Assembly (NCBI GenBank): GCA_964016885.1
Contig: OZ024752.1
Coordinates: 17,174,001 to 17,238,000, forward strand
Direction of reading: 5' to 3'
Length of the DNA: 64,000 bases
From: Eledone cirrhosa
Lineage: Eukaryota
Numbering within the stretch: the stretch's first letter is position 1; each line of letters opens with the position of its first letter. Under the pieces are notes generated by a model that saw only the letters and a program-made list of their open reading frames with translations, was not told where the DNA came from and made no database searches. Positions 40,444 to 54,176 of the stretch are shown piece by piece. A program made the position numbers and the translations under genes.

Positions 40444-40779
40444 ATTAATATATATCATGTTTAACTAGAATTATTACAAGCGTTGCCTTAAAAAGATATT
40501 AAACTAGACCTGAAAAATGCGCAAGCTCAAAAGAGCCACAACATGTTATAATAAAATTTCAAAAGTGTGGGACTAGAGTTGTTGCTCAAAAATATTGTAA
40601 TCATTATCTATCGTACACTCTGTGGCATCCTTTTATAAAAAAAGAGACTCATAACGAACTCAAGATGACACGATAATTATTTAAGTGAATTTATAATATA
40701 GAATTCGGTTTAAGTGCATTTCGTATTAATCATTACTAAACATCTAATATGAGATATTGAACATTAGCTTAAATAATTA

Positions 40780-43085
40780 TCGTGTCGTTGTGAGGCGGCG
40801 AGATGTACAGGATCTGTGCAGTGTTCGTGTGATGCGTGGGGCAGAGTGTTGGACCGACCATCGTCTGGTGAGAGCAAGAGCAAGATGTGTAGTTCGTAAA
40901 AGGGAGAAACGGCGAGGGGTATCACTTCCGAAACGGCTGAACGTTGCCCGTCTGAAGGATCCTGAAGTCAGAGAAAATCTGGTTAAAAAGATGAATGCGT
41001 TAGAGTGCGGAAATGACTGGACTTCCTTTAAGGAGGCAGTTTATGGGGCATGTGCTGATGTTGTTGGATTCACGGATAAGAAGCATCAGGATTGGTTTGA
41101 CCAAAATGACAAGCTTATAGACAAGCTTTTGGAGGAGAAATATATGCTCCACTCCGCATTGCTTGGTAGTGATTTAAGTACCGATCGGCAGAAGGCAATC
41201 GCTGATAAGCTGAAGCTCGTAAAAGCTGATGTGCAACGAAAATTGCGTGAAATGAAGAATAAATGGTGGAATGACAAAGCCGATGAAATACAACTTGCGT
41301 CGGATGTGAAGGACGTTAAGGCAATGTATAATCTTCTTCGTGAAGTGTATGGACCACCTACATCACCAGTTGCGCCTCTTAGGACAAAGGATGGCAATCA
41401 GCTCCTTAGAGATCCCAATGATATCCTGTTGAGATGGCGGGAACACTTTGACGAGCTTCTCAATAGGGATTCAGAGGTTGACGAAGAGTTTATCAGGTCC
41501 ATACCTGATAAGCCAGTAAAGGAAATCCTTGCTGAGCCTCCAACGATCGAGGAGGTTAAAAGTTCTGTCAGGAAACTCAACGGTGGGAAGTCGTCCGGAT
41601 TGGATGGGCTGTATGCTGAGATCTTGAAGCACGGTGGAGAGAATCTCTTGCACCGACTTCATTCTTTGGTTCTGGATGCCTGGAACAACAATCATGTTCC
41701 CAATGACTGGAAGGATGCTGTGATGGTTGTTTTGTACAAGGGAAAGGGAGACAGGGATAACTGCGGAAACTATCGTGGAATATCACTGTTGTATGTTGTC
41801 GGCAAAGTAGTTCTCTGTAGAATTCTGTTGGGCTGTTTGTTGCTCCACATTGCTGATGAAACTCTACCAGAGTCGCAGTCGGGCTTTTGGGCTGGGCGTG
41901 GCACTGTGGACATGATCTTTACAGCCAGACAACTGCAGGAAAAGTGTGTTGAGCAAAATATGGATCTCTACCAGGTGTTTGTTGGTCTGACAAAGGCGTT
42001 TGACACGGTCAACAGAAAGGCTTTATGGGATATCTTGAGGAAGCTGGGGTGCCCTGAGAATTTTTTTTTCCATTTTGCGTTTGTTTCATGATGACATGAA
42101 GGCATAGGTAAATGTTGGTGGAAAGTTCTCTGAGCCGGTGACGGTCGAGAATGGAGTCAAACAGGGTGACATTCCAGCTCCAACGCTCTTTGCTTTTTAC
42201 TTCTCCATTGTCTTCGAACAGGCCTTCGGGAACTGCAATCATGGTATATATGTTCGCTATCGATCAACTGTAAAGCTGTTTAATACCAGGAGGTTCAATG
42301 CTAAGTCAAAGGTTCACTTGTCTCTAATCAGGGATTTGCTTTATGCAGATGACTGTGACCTGGTAGCGCACACTGAGATTGATATGCAGCATCTCATGGA
42401 TGCATTTTCTAATGCGTGTACTGCATTGGGACTTACCATAAGCCTGAAAAAGACAGTAGCCATGTACCAACCAGCCCCTGGGAAGCCATGTTGTGAGCGC
42501 AACATCTTGGTTTATGGTGAAAGGCTAAGGGTCGTTGGCAGTTTTGTATATCTTGGAAGCACTCTGAGTATGTCCTGCGATCTTGATGGGGAAATATCAA
42601 ACAGGATACAGAAAGCCAGTGATGCTTTTGGAAAACTGAACAAGCGTCTCTGGTCTCAACATGGAATTTCGGTAAAGACAAAGCTCAAAGTATCATGCGT
42701 GTGTGCTCGCGGCACTTCTTTATGCTTGTGAGACGTGGGTGGTCTACCGTAGACAGATGAAGCGACTTGAGAGGTTCCACCAGTACTGCTTACGTCGGAT
42801 CCTCGGCATAACTTGGCAAATGTTTGTCAGTGACGTCGAGGTTCTGGACAGAAGTGGCTGTGATAGTGTCAAGTCCTTGATTTTGAAACATCAGCTGCGT
42901 TGGACAGGCCATCTTATAAGGATGAATGACAAGCGAATGCCGAAGCAGCTGCTTTATGGCGAGCTCCAAATGGGGAAAAGGAACGCGAGCAAACCCAAGA
43001 TGCGTTTTAAGGACTGCATCAAGGGGGCGCTCAAGAAAAGTAACATCCCTTGTGAGCACTGGGAAGCATGCGCTAGCGACCGATC
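40780..43085 (+). mobile_element. RTE LINE (second subfamily), 5'-truncated and frameshifted; its zinc-finger 3' end lies at ~44490-44710
   Basis: ORFs 40757-42091, 42138-42731 (KQGD, LYADD) and 42703-43085, homologous to 3094-6103. Confidence 0.9.
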
Positions 43086-43087
43086 GC

Positions 43088-44062
43088 TTCCCACCTACAT
43101 TAGTGATCCCCTCTGGCTTCTCAACATTCTTTACTACATATTTTGTTTTAGTCTCATTCATTATCAGCCCCACACTCATCGACACAGTCTCAACCTCCTG
43201 CATCAAATCCTCTGCCTCCTTCACTGTATTTGTCACCAAAACTATGTCGTCGGCAAATTCAGCATCCGATATCTTTTTCGCCTTAACTCTCCTGCTCTGA
43301 GCCGGTGTTACAGTAAAGCCAGAGTCCTGGTGTTTCTCCAGTGCAAGGCGCATACAATAGTCCACTATGATGATAAAAATATCAGGTAGATCAGGCGGCT
43401 GTTTGAAGAACTGGATATTGAGACAGAGCCCTTCACCAGAGAGGAGCTTCAGAGAGCCAAGAAGATCAAGGAGGGCAAGGCTCATGGAGAAGATGGAGTG
43501 GCATCAGAGGTAATGAAGAGGTGTGATTTTGATGATATCATCCTGGGGTTCTGTAACCAGGCACTGGATAAAGGAGTTGCCCCGAATCAGTGGAGGATCA
43601 GTGGCATCGTCCCAGTGCCAAAGAAGGGAGATCTCTCTGGCACCAACAACTACCGGGGGATCTCACTGACGTCACTTGTGGCAAAGACCCTCAACAGGAT
43701 GATTCTTAACAGGATCCAGCCTGAGATGAAGAAGAAGCTCAGGGACAACCAGAACGACTTCAGAGCAGGAAGATCAACCACCAGTCACATCCTGATGCTG
43801 AGGAGGATATTAGAGGGAGCTAGAGCAAAGTGCCTTCCTGCGGTCATGGTTTTCATTGACTTTAGGAAGGCCTTTGATTTTGTGGACCGTCACTGCCTGA
43901 TGAAGATCTTACAGGCTTCAGGAATCCCAAAGAAGATAGTGGACCTGATATCACTGCTCTACACCAACACCAAAGCCCAAGTCATTACACCTGATGGGAG
44001 TTCTTTGAGATACTGGCTGGAGTGCTCCAGGGAGATACATTGGCTCCTTATCATCGTAGTGA
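43088..44062. mobile_element. Rearranged second copy of the 14-17 kb LINE family, with an internal inversion
   Basis: 43088-43385 (minus) matches ~16430-16720 and has an intact FADD. 43390-44062 (plus) matches ~15757-16445. Confidence 0.85.
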
Positions 44063-44489
44063 ACTTTTTATGTATGTCTATTTATCTATCTATTGATGTA
44101 CGCATATATATATATATATAATTATTTCTATTTTTGGCACAAGGCAAGCAATTATCTCAGTGCATTACTGATACTTTATTTTGTCGACCCCGTAAGGATA
44201 ATAAGAACAAAGTAGAGGTTTTACATACGAGATTTATTGCTTAACCCAGTTATCTTTCCCAGGCAGCTCGCTCGTGATCTGGGTTCATCATCCCAGACCA
44301 GACTCCAAGTCTGCCTGATCCTCAGACCAGTGTTAACACATCGAAAAGGAAGGTAAGGAAAAGAGACTGCTCTAAACTGCCTGCTGTTGAACATCATCTG
44401 GTTTTCCAGCACTGTGGTCGAGTCTGCCTGAATAAAACTGGTTTGACTAGACACGAACAAAGTCATATCAGTAGACCTTATGTAGATTA

Positions 44490-44712
44490 TGTCCTGAAAA
44501 GGTGTAAAGAATGTGGCAAGAAGTGTGCTAGCATGGGAGGTCTTAAAATACACATGAGAACACACAGCCAGAACAAAGCAATGGAAAGTCCCGGAGGAGC
44601 CTATAGCTGCCAAGTATGTGCCAGAGGGTGCACATTTTTGGCTGGTTTGAAAAGCCACATTCGTGCCTCACATTTGGCTATGCTTGATCATGAGTTTGCG
44701 GCCATCATGTAT
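44490..44712 (+). mobile_element. RTE 3' end with two C2H2 fingers and a (TATG)n-like tail
   Basis: CKECGKKCASMGGLKIHMRTH...CQVCARGCTFLAGLKSHIRASH. Confidence 0.78.
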
Positions 44713-44921
44713 GTGTGTATGTGTATATGTGTGTGTGTATGTAGGTATGCATGTAAGTCTGCTTGTGTGTGTGCGCGCGCGTGCATGTATGCATGCATAT
44801 TCGTAACAAGACTAACTATTTAACTTTAAAAAATATGAATCTCTTTCTCTCTCTCTTTGTCTCTATATCTCTTTATGCATGCATATATGTGTGTATGTAT
44901 GCATCTCTCTCTTTCTCCCCC

Positions 44922-44994
<73 letters not shown>

Positions 44995-45654
44995 CGTGTG
45001 TGTGTGCGTGCATGTGTCTGTATGTATGTTAGGTCGCTCTTCAGCGCTACTGGTAATAGGTAACCCAGTACAACCTGTTCATGGTTGGATCGTCGGCGAC
45101 TAAAACTGCAAGTTCGCCCAGCTTGATTGGTGAGGAGGAGGATTTTGGACACCCTGCGAGATGCAAAACAAAACCCGTCAAAGGGTGGGAATCAGGAGTA
45201 TAAACGGCCATCCAAGAAAGTATTTTTTAAGGGGGGGGGGGGTGGAAGGAGAGAGCCCTCGTCTTAATTAAGACATCTCTCTGGAAGGTCACTCTGATAT
45301 AAAACCTGCGACATCGTTTGCATCCAATGGTGTAGACCAGTTCTATTTTTTGAGTAAATGTATTCGATGTTCAGAGGGTGGGATTGGCTCCGTGCACAGT
45401 CTTTCCTCACTTAAGAAAGTTTCAAGCCCCGGCATCGCTTGATATGTGACATTTTTTGTGATGCATGGTATTGCTGGCCATAGGCAGGTCCCTAGCAGGA
45501 CTAAAAAGCTACGTCCGTGATATTCATGCTTAAGTTTCAAGCGATGGCATTACGCGAAATCGAGTTTCATGTATGTATGTATGTATGTATGTATGTATGT
45601 ATGTATGTATGTATGTATGTATGTATGTATGTATGTATGTATGTATGTATGTAT

Positions 45655-46618
45655 TGGGTAAGAGAGTGCGACTGGCTTTGTGCAGTGCCTTTGCTCACTA
45701 TAAAAGCTTCACGGCACAGGCATTGCTTTATATCTGGAGATCTCTCTGCACTTGTCGTCACATGGTACAATGGGCCCAGCACTATGTGTCAATAATTGTC
45801 ACAAGTGTAGTGTTTGTACCAGAGTTTTCAAGTCGCTGGCTGGACTAAAAAGTCACACTCGTTCAGCGCATCGGTAGGGGTTCTCCTACATGGATATAAA
45901 GTAGTGGCCGTACTCGAAAACGAGTTGGCAGCCACCATGTATGTATGTATGTATGTATGTATGTATGTATGTATGTATGTATGTTATCTACTGGTAACAT
46001 GTATCCCAGTACAACCTGCCTCATGGTCGGGTCGTTGGCGACTAAACTGGCAACCCCACCAAGGTTTCTTGGTGAGGAGGGTGACTTTGGACATCCTGCA
46101 GGACTAAAAACAAAACCTGTCAAAGGGCAAAGGAGCTCTTAAGAGTCAATGGCCATCCAAAATCACCGGGAGAGATGACCCCTTAGCCTTGTCTGATATA
46201 ACACCTGCAACCCTGATGGTATCCAATGATGTTGACTTGTTCTTCTTTTTGGTAAATATCATCTTGGTTAAGAGAGTGGGACTGGCTTTGTGCAGTGCCT
46301 TTGCTCACTATAAAAGCTTCACGGCACAGGCATTGCTTTATATCTGGAGATCTCTCTACACTTGTAGTCACATGGTACCATGGGCCCAGCACTATGTCTC
46401 AATAATTGTCACAAGTGTAGTGTTTGTACCAGAGTTTTCAAGTCACTGGCTGGACTAAAAAGTCACACTTGTTCAGCGCATCGGTAGGGTATCTCCTACA
46501 TGGATATAAAGTAGTGGCCGTACTCGAAAACGAGTTGGCAGCCACTATGTATGTATGTATGTATGTATGTATGTATGTATGTATGTATGTATGTATGTAT
46601 GTATGTATGTATGTATGT
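45655..46618 (+). mobile_element. Two tandem RTE 3'-end units (C2H2 remnant + (TATG)n) around a 5'-UTR-like segment
   Basis: 45655-45940 is nearly identical to 46265-46548 and translates as CSVCTRVFKSLAGLKSHTRSAH*. Confidence 0.72.
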
Positions 46619-47305
46619 TCTTCTGGTTTTATAATTTCATAAGGTTTTACCAATAGAGAGAGAGTCGGTTTCTAACATAGACACAAGGCTCTCTCATTGG
46701 AATTTACACAACATCAACTAGGTAGATATGTATGCATGCATGCGTAGATATGGATGTTATTGTATGTGTGGATGTGTATGTTTTGAGTTGTATGTGTGCA
46801 TGTGTATATGCTTTTTATCTGTACATGTGTATAAGCAGTTATTAGATGCAAAATATTTGGAATGTTTTACATATTCTTTACTGTTCTATTAATGGATTGT
46901 ACTTGTAGTTTCCTAACTAGTTGTTCTTTCTGTTCCTGTGAAGCCTAGCTTCTCAAGATTTGTATTGAGGCAGTTACTAACATATGCCAGTGCTCCAATA
47001 ATCACAGGCATAAATCTGAAGGTGTAATCAGGGTGGAGTATCTGCAGATTTCTCATCAGTTCTGCATAAATATTCTCCTTTTCACTCATCTTTGATATTA
47101 TATTGGCATCTGCTAGGCAGCTAATTTCCACTACTGTGTATGTTTTCTTTTCCCTTTCCCATATCATAATATCTAGTCTGTTATGCCTGCATTTTATTGG
47201 GGTTTTTACTGGAACATTTCACCAGTACTCTTTCATATTATGTACATATGTCTTCCACATTGCTGTAGCTTTTAATGTGTTTATTATCGGGGCTATCTTT
47301 TTTAC
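46619..47305 (-). mobile_element. R4/Dong-like 3' fragment
   Basis: Homologous to 1370-2042. It retains 19 nt that are deleted in the copies at ~1447 and ~62026, and ends in (CATA)n. Confidence 0.88.
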
Positions 47306-47431
47306 GAACTGCATTGTATGTATGTATGTGTGTGTGTAAGCATGTATTCATGTGTGGTGCAAGCTGAACTATCGAAGATATACCCAAATTATAGATATTG
47401 TTCAGGTGTTTTGCAACCTTTATTCATATAA

Positions 47432-48675
47432 CTAAAGACGAATCCATTGTGGCAGAAAATAATCATTATAGTCAGCACTGTACGCATTTCGAAGTCCGGA
47501 TTTTTCTTTAGCTGGTGGGAAAAAGTAAGTAACTTTTCCTTTACATAAGAATCCAGCCCACCAGCTGAAACTACCTATAGAAGAAATCAAATGATCACTG
47601 CTAGATAGAATAGCCATATCTTCTGTTGCTGAGTTACCCTTTACAAAATAAGTACTATTGTCAAATATATTTTTTTCACACCATGGTATACCATTAGAAC
47701 AAACAATAAATATCACATTTTTATAATGAGATCGAAACCATTCTTTTGCCTTTATGAAATATTCCTTTGTAGCCACGTTATGTCCATGAGAGTTGTTAAC
47801 CATATCACCACGTCGTACATGTATTCCCACCAACGTCCAGTTCTTTATTGATGTATTTATAGAAATGTTTTCATGAGTTTTAACAAAGTTCCTTAGAATT
47901 CTAACAGCTTTCTGTTTAATGTTCTTTTTAAAAGTGAACTGGGAATGGATTTCGTCGAATATGTGTTCAAAATACTTGTAAGACTGTAAATATGTTCCAA
48001 TAATAATATTGTTATTATTACTAATATTAAAGAAACTAGGATCAAAAGAACTGGCATGGTGTTCATATTTTCTTTTAGCCTTATTGCAAGAAGATTTATT
48101 TTTCTCAAAACCGTATATATTAAATATTTTTTGTAAATTTATGTCATCATTACGAATAGTCACATTCATATTTTTTAGTCTTGCTAAACCTAAACCCGTT
48201 GCAAAAATAAACATTTGATTACCCAACCTTCCAATTAAATTGATGCACACGTATTTTTGTGTAGTTCTTTGTCTTTCCAAACTTGTAGTATTATTGTAGG
48301 TAGGTGGTTGAGTGCTTGTTGTTCGTGTTTCCAAACTTGTTGTGTTATGGTAGGTAGGTGGTTGAGTACTTGTTGTTCGTGTTTCCAAACTTGTAGTGTT
48401 ATGGTAGGTAGGTGGTTGAGTGCTTGTTCGTGTTTCCAAACTTGTAGTGTTATGGTAGGTAGGTGGTTGAGTAGATGTTATACGTTTCTTCAACATGGTC
48501 GTCTTAAGAAGAGTAGACGGTGTGGTGAACTTTTCCAATTTGCTATTTCTTATAAAATTGACTGGTGATTTGAAATTAACTATTCTTTGTTGAATTCCGG
48601 TGAAGGGAATTCCCATAAAGACAAAATACAGGGAAACAACAGCCAACATACAAAGCCATAGAAACTTGCGTTGAT
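47432..48675 (-). CDS. Alpha-1,2-fucosyltransferase (glycosyltransferase family 11, FUT1/FUT2-like), main coding exon
   Basis: Motifs GRLGNQMF, GTYLQSYKYF, GIHVRRGD, DMAILS..DHLISSIGSFSWWAGFL and FLPQW. N-terminal transmembrane segment FLWLCMLAVVSLYFVFMG. A likely splice acceptor TTTTATTTTACAG lies just before 48675, so the start codon is probably in an upstream exon. Confidence 0.9.
48265..48480 (-). repeat. Coding tandem repeat, 4 x 51-54 nt, (T)TSTQPPTY(H/N)NTTSLETR
   Basis: Visible in the translation and the DNA. Confidence 0.92.
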
Positions 48676-49062
48676 CTGTAAAATAAAAGTAGAAACTATG
48701 TAATGTAACTAGCTGGCCCCGTGCCGTCAAAAATGATGGCTCATTGTAATATCTATACATAATATAAACAAGAGATGTTTGTTGTTTGTTTCTTGGCACA
48801 AGAGTGATACGAATACACAAAGGCACAGCCAATGTGTAGTCAATTCGCTATACATATACACAGACAAGTGTGACGAACCATAGAACGCTGGACTGCTATA
48901 GTTTCTCACCACTCTCCCTTCCTCAGTCATCACATACATGTGTGTGTATGTAATAATCATTTCTCTAAGTGTGTCTGTTTATATATATGTATGTGTAGAT
49001 GCATGCGTGTATTTGTAATTGTATAGTCTACGTATCTTTCTAAATAAAACACACACACACAC

Positions 49063-49101
<39 letters not shown>

Positions 49102-49249
49102 TATTATATATAAATATAATTTACACAAACACACACACGCACAAACACTCACATAATCATAACAGCCAATGTGTGTAGCCAATTTACTATACATATACAC
49201 ACACATACAGGAGTAGCGAATGTTAGACGCTGCTTCCTGTAGTTTGTCA

Positions 49250-49715
49250 TCATCCCTTCCTTCCTCAGTCATCCCTTGTGCGTGACGTCTCACCCCTTCC
49301 TTCCACAGTCATCTCTAGTGCGTGACGTCATCACCTCTTCCTTCCTCAGTCGACGTAATCCCTCTTCCTTCCTCAGTCGACGTTATCACCCCTTCCTTCA
49401 TCAGTCGACGTATTCCCTCTTCCTTCCTCACTCGACGTTATCACCCCTTCCTTCCTCATTCGACGTTATCACCCCTTCCTTCCTCAGTCGACGTAATCAC
49501 CCCTTCATTTCTCTGTCGATGTAATCACCCCTTCCTTCCTCAGTCGACGTAATAAACCCTTCCTTTCTCAGTCGACGTAATACCCCTTTCCTTCCTCAGT
49601 CGACGTAATACCCCTTTCCTTCCTCAGTCGACGTAATACCCCCTTCCTTTCTCAGTCGACGTAATACCCCCTTCCTTTCTCAGTCGACGTAATACCCCCT
49701 TCCTTCCTCAGTCAT
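49250..49715. repeat. CpG-containing ~28-bp minisatellite (CGACGTAATACCCCCTTCCTTCCTCAGT)n upstream of the fucosyltransferase
   Basis: About 16 imperfect units. Includes TGACGTCA at ~49323. Confidence 0.88.
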
Positions 49716-49932
49716 GACTAGTATGTGACGGAGAGTAATTTTAAATGTAATAAATAACGAAAAATTTAGCGGAGGTACATAAGGAATTATGTCGACCCAG
49801 TTCTGCTTGAAGCGTTGAGTTATGGCCTTTAAGTTCTGAGTTCAAATCCCGCCGAGGTTAACTTCGCCTTTCATCCTTACGGGGTCGAAATGGTTTAAGC
49901 ATACATATATGTGTATATGTATATGTGTGTGC

Positions 49933-49997
<65 letters not shown>

Positions 49998-50342
49998 GTA
50001 ATAATAAACATTTGAAGACTAAAATCCAAAGAGGGCTCGATAAGGATAAAAATATATCAAATATATAAGAACCGTAGAGCAAATATTTATTAAAATAACA
50101 GATTAAAGTTTAAGCAAAGAATCGCTGCTTTCACCCTTAACGGGATCTTCTGAAACTAACAAAGTCAATCTGTAAACGCAGAAGTGAATATTTCAAAAAA
50201 CGTTACAACCGGAGGAAGACAGGAAGACGATACTTTGGTTCGTGGAAACGTTCCCTGGCAAAGAACGGGAAAACACGAATATAATACGTCATTATTTGGA
50301 GCGGTGAAAAACAATTACACGCAAATATATATATATATATAT

Positions 50343-50466
<124 letters not shown>

Positions 50467-50830
50467 GAATTAGAATTTCGTATTTCTTTAGAAATACGTA
50501 ATCCAAATATATATAAATATATATATATGAGTTCGGATCTAGCTGGTGAAACAACCGGAACTCAGCTGTCGGGGTCCTGACTTTTCCTATTACCCATTCT
50601 ACTAATCTAATTATCGAGTACACTAGTACCTTATGGTTCACCTGGTTTCTCTAGCTTCACGCATAGCACCAGTAATGTACTGGGGTAATTGTTGGCCTTC
50701 TGCCAAAACTAGAAACAATTATTGGAGGAAATTACACCCGGCAGCATCGAAATGGTTTAAGCATGCACATATATGCGTATATATGTGTGTGTGTGAATAT
50801 ATATATATATTTTTTCTTTTTGAATATATA

Positions 50831-51543
50831 TCTATATATATATAAAGATGAAGTTTTCTGTATGTGTATGTGGACAATTTTTAATGAGGGCTCATATATT
50901 CTAAACCATTCATGCGATTTCTTTTAAATTTTTTACAGAGCTTCTCCTTGCACAAAACCTGTACATGATCTACAAAGGCTTTCAAAAATCGATATTGGGA
51001 CCTTTGGAGACATTAAAAAAGTTTCGGTTATTTGTGTGAATTTTCGAGATTACGTAAGACAAGAGTTATCTTTAAGTGAAGACAAGAGTTACCTTTCATA
51101 ATTCGGCTCATTCGGATTTTAATTTACTCTTTGTACTTGAAACAAAAGCTACGCTTCCTTGAGACTAACAATATCATTTTGTATATTTTACAACCAGCAA
51201 TTTCTAACAGATTACTAAGTTAAGTTATAGATTTGACATTGTATAATTTATCGTTTCAAGCTTGATGTTCATACATTAAGTGATGTCATAACTTTTATAA
51301 TATTATGCTTTGTACATAATAGTGTCTATTATTCACTTCACTTCTCTATTTCATGATGCGCTTTTACTGTTGTCAAAAAAGACACCGAGATCACATATTA
51401 ATTATTTCGCTGGAATAGTGCCTAAGGTTTTCATGTTTACATAAAGTACGTTTTTCTTCTATGTATGCAAATTTACTTTGTTTAGTTTAATGAGCTACAC
51501 CGAAAGCTACTTGAACCGTCCAAAGGACGGGTAGTTTAACTAG
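50831..51543 (+). mobile_element. Non-autonomous Helitron
   Basis: 5' A|TCTATATATATA..., subterminal hairpin CCGTCC-AAA-GGACGG (51516-51530), and 3' CTAG|T. Confidence 0.72.
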
Positions 51544-52250
51544 TATAGAATAGAATTAGAATTTAGCTTCGAGCATAGCTGTATACAAATATGTATTTGA
51601 ATTTCGTATTTCTAAAGAAATACGGTATGTTTATAACTAAACATTTACAAAAGCCGTAGCTTAAGTTTTTTGTTATACACGTACCGTATTTCTGGTTTCA
51701 TTAGCTTTACCCATAGTTGTATACATACATGTATTGAAATGTATGTTTATCCATAAACGTACATACATATGTATGGATAATAAACATACATATATATGTT
51801 TATCCCAAGTGTCTGCTTGGTAATCTGCTCAAAATAAATGTTTGGCTTATTTTATTATATGAGAAAATTCTTTCTTTTTCCAACACCACCACCTCCACCC
51901 TTCCATTACCATCATCATCATCACCACCACCAACACCACTATCATTATCATCTTCGTCACCACTACTGTCACTAGCACTACCGTAGCCACCAACCACAAC
52001 CATTTCACTACATCTCACCCCTTTCTCCTGTTCCGATCTTAAACACAGACTGAAATCCATACCTTTCGCAAATCTTTCCCTCTCTCTATCTCTTTCCTTT
52101 TCTCTCCCATTCTCTTTCTCTCACTATATCTTCCCTACACTCTCTCTTCCATTCTCTCTCTGATATTTTCTCTCTCCAACACTCCCTTTCTCTCGCAGAC
52201 TATCTTTCCCTCTCGCTCTCTCATTCTCACCCTCTCATTCCATTTACCTC

Positions 52251-52700
52251 TAATGAGGAATCTGCAGATACTCCATCCTGACTATCCCTTCAGATTTATA
52301 CCTGTGATTATTGGAACACTGGGATATGTTAGTAACTGCCTCAGTACAAATCTTGATAAGCTGGACTTCACAGAACCAGAAAGAACACAATTAATTAGGA
52401 AATTACAAGTACAATCCATTAATAGAACAGTAAAAATATGTAAAACATTCCAAAAATTCTTCATGTAAATATTGCATGTACACATGTACAGATACAAAAC
52501 ATATGACCATGCACACATATAACTCAAAATATCTACATCCACACATACAATAACATCCATACTTACACACACACACGCATGCAGATATACATACGTAACT
52601 ACCTAGTTGATGTTGTGTAAATTCCAATGAAAGAATCTTGTATCTATGTCAGAAACCGACTCTCTATTGGTAAAATATATAAGAAATTATAAAACCAGAA
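52251..52700 (+). mobile_element. R4/Dong-like short 3' fragment
   Basis: MRNLQILHPDY...KFFM plus the 3' UTR, ending AAACCAGAA before a CATA/TA repeat. Confidence 0.85.
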
Positions 52701-52701
52701 C

Positions 52702-52736
<35 letters not shown>

Positions 52737-52738
<2 letters not shown>

Positions 52739-53093
52739 ATTAACAACAAAGAGCGCTTAGAACATAGGTATATCTTTAATTGCTAACAGTGTTTCGTCCA
52801 CACTAGAAGTGGGACTCTTCAGAGCATAAAGAGTAAATACATAGTATACAAGCATTGACAAAGCCAAAACAGTAAAAATATGTAAAACTGTTGAACTGCG
52901 GCTAACTGCAACACCTAAGGCGTTCGCGTGCTCCTGATATATTCCATATATCACCATGAGTCAACACTAGTGTCACCTTAGGATTTCTATAATAATATTA
53001 TTATTACATGCCCTAATAATTACCATCTTGATTACCCTTATTACATCTTTTTACCCCCAGTTACATTTTTATAAATATGCATTACTTGGACTG

Positions 53094-53133
<40 letters not shown>

Positions 53134-54022
53134 TTGTATATACGTCTCTTGTATATATATTTTTTATATATATTTTTGTATATATTTTTGTATATTTTAT
53201 ATATTGTACGTATATCACTTGTTGAACATAGCTTGATAGCTTATGCATTTGCCAGTCTTATCTTTACCCACACCTTCCTTTATGGTGTATATTTTACTCC
53301 ATTTTTTTTGGTGTATTGTTTTATTTATCTTCTGGTGTATATTTGACTTTACTTTATTTTATTTTATTCTATTTTATTTTATTTTTTATTTTTTATCTTT
53401 TATCTATTTTTTATCTATTTCTTATCTATTTTTTATCTATTTTTTATCTATTTTTTAATCTATTTTTTATCTATTTTTTATCTACCTCTTATCTATTTTT
53501 TATCTATCTCTATCTCTTAACTTGTGCCCATCCGTCTATGATATGTTATTTGTATTAGTGTATACTGTATGTGTTGCATATGGGTGCTTGTGTGTAGGTG
53601 CATGCGGGTGCTCATGCTTATGCGTATACTTGTATGTAGCTGTATGTTAACGGAACCCTGCCCAACTGTGAGTGATAACATTTCTTTTTTATTTTTCATT
53701 TTTATTTTTATTCTTATTTTTATTTTTATTTTTATTTTTATTTTTATTTTTATTTTTATTTTTATTTTTATTTTTATTTTTATTTTTATTTTTATTTTTA
53801 TTTTTATTTTACTCTTTTCTTATTTTACTCCTTTTACTTTACTCTTTAAACTCCTCCCAACTTATGGTATCCCCACACATATTCTTCTGTTTTGGCTTTG
53901 TCAATGCTTGTATACTATGTATTTACTCTTTATGCTCTGAAGAGTCCCACTTCTAGTGTGGACGAAACACTGTCAGCAATTAAAGATATACCTATGTTCT
54001 GAGCGCTCTTTGTTGTTAATTG
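52737..54022. mobile_element. Non-coding element with ~135-bp inverted arms, each carrying a hammerhead (52781-52826 minus; 53933-53978 plus)
   Basis: TGCT-CTGAAGA-GTCC-CAC-TTCTA-GTG-T-GGAC-GAAAC-ACT-GTC-AGCA (GTT in the minus copy). Confidence 0.8.
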
Positions 54023-54105
54023 TATTACGGCTCTGTCCTCTGACATTGAGCTAACCATATACTGCCTATTTGATAAGTGGAGTGTTACACACTCCCAATT
54101 CTCTC

Positions 54106-54176
<71 letters not shown>

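Noticed and set aside
48676-48832. N-terminal extension of the 466-aa ORF
   Set aside because: It lies upstream of a strong splice acceptor and overlaps a Helitron-like end, so it is probably intronic read-through.
49330-49715. CTGAGGA/CTGATGA strings on the minus strand of the minisatellite
   Set aside because: No downstream stem II-GAAA, so these are chance matches.
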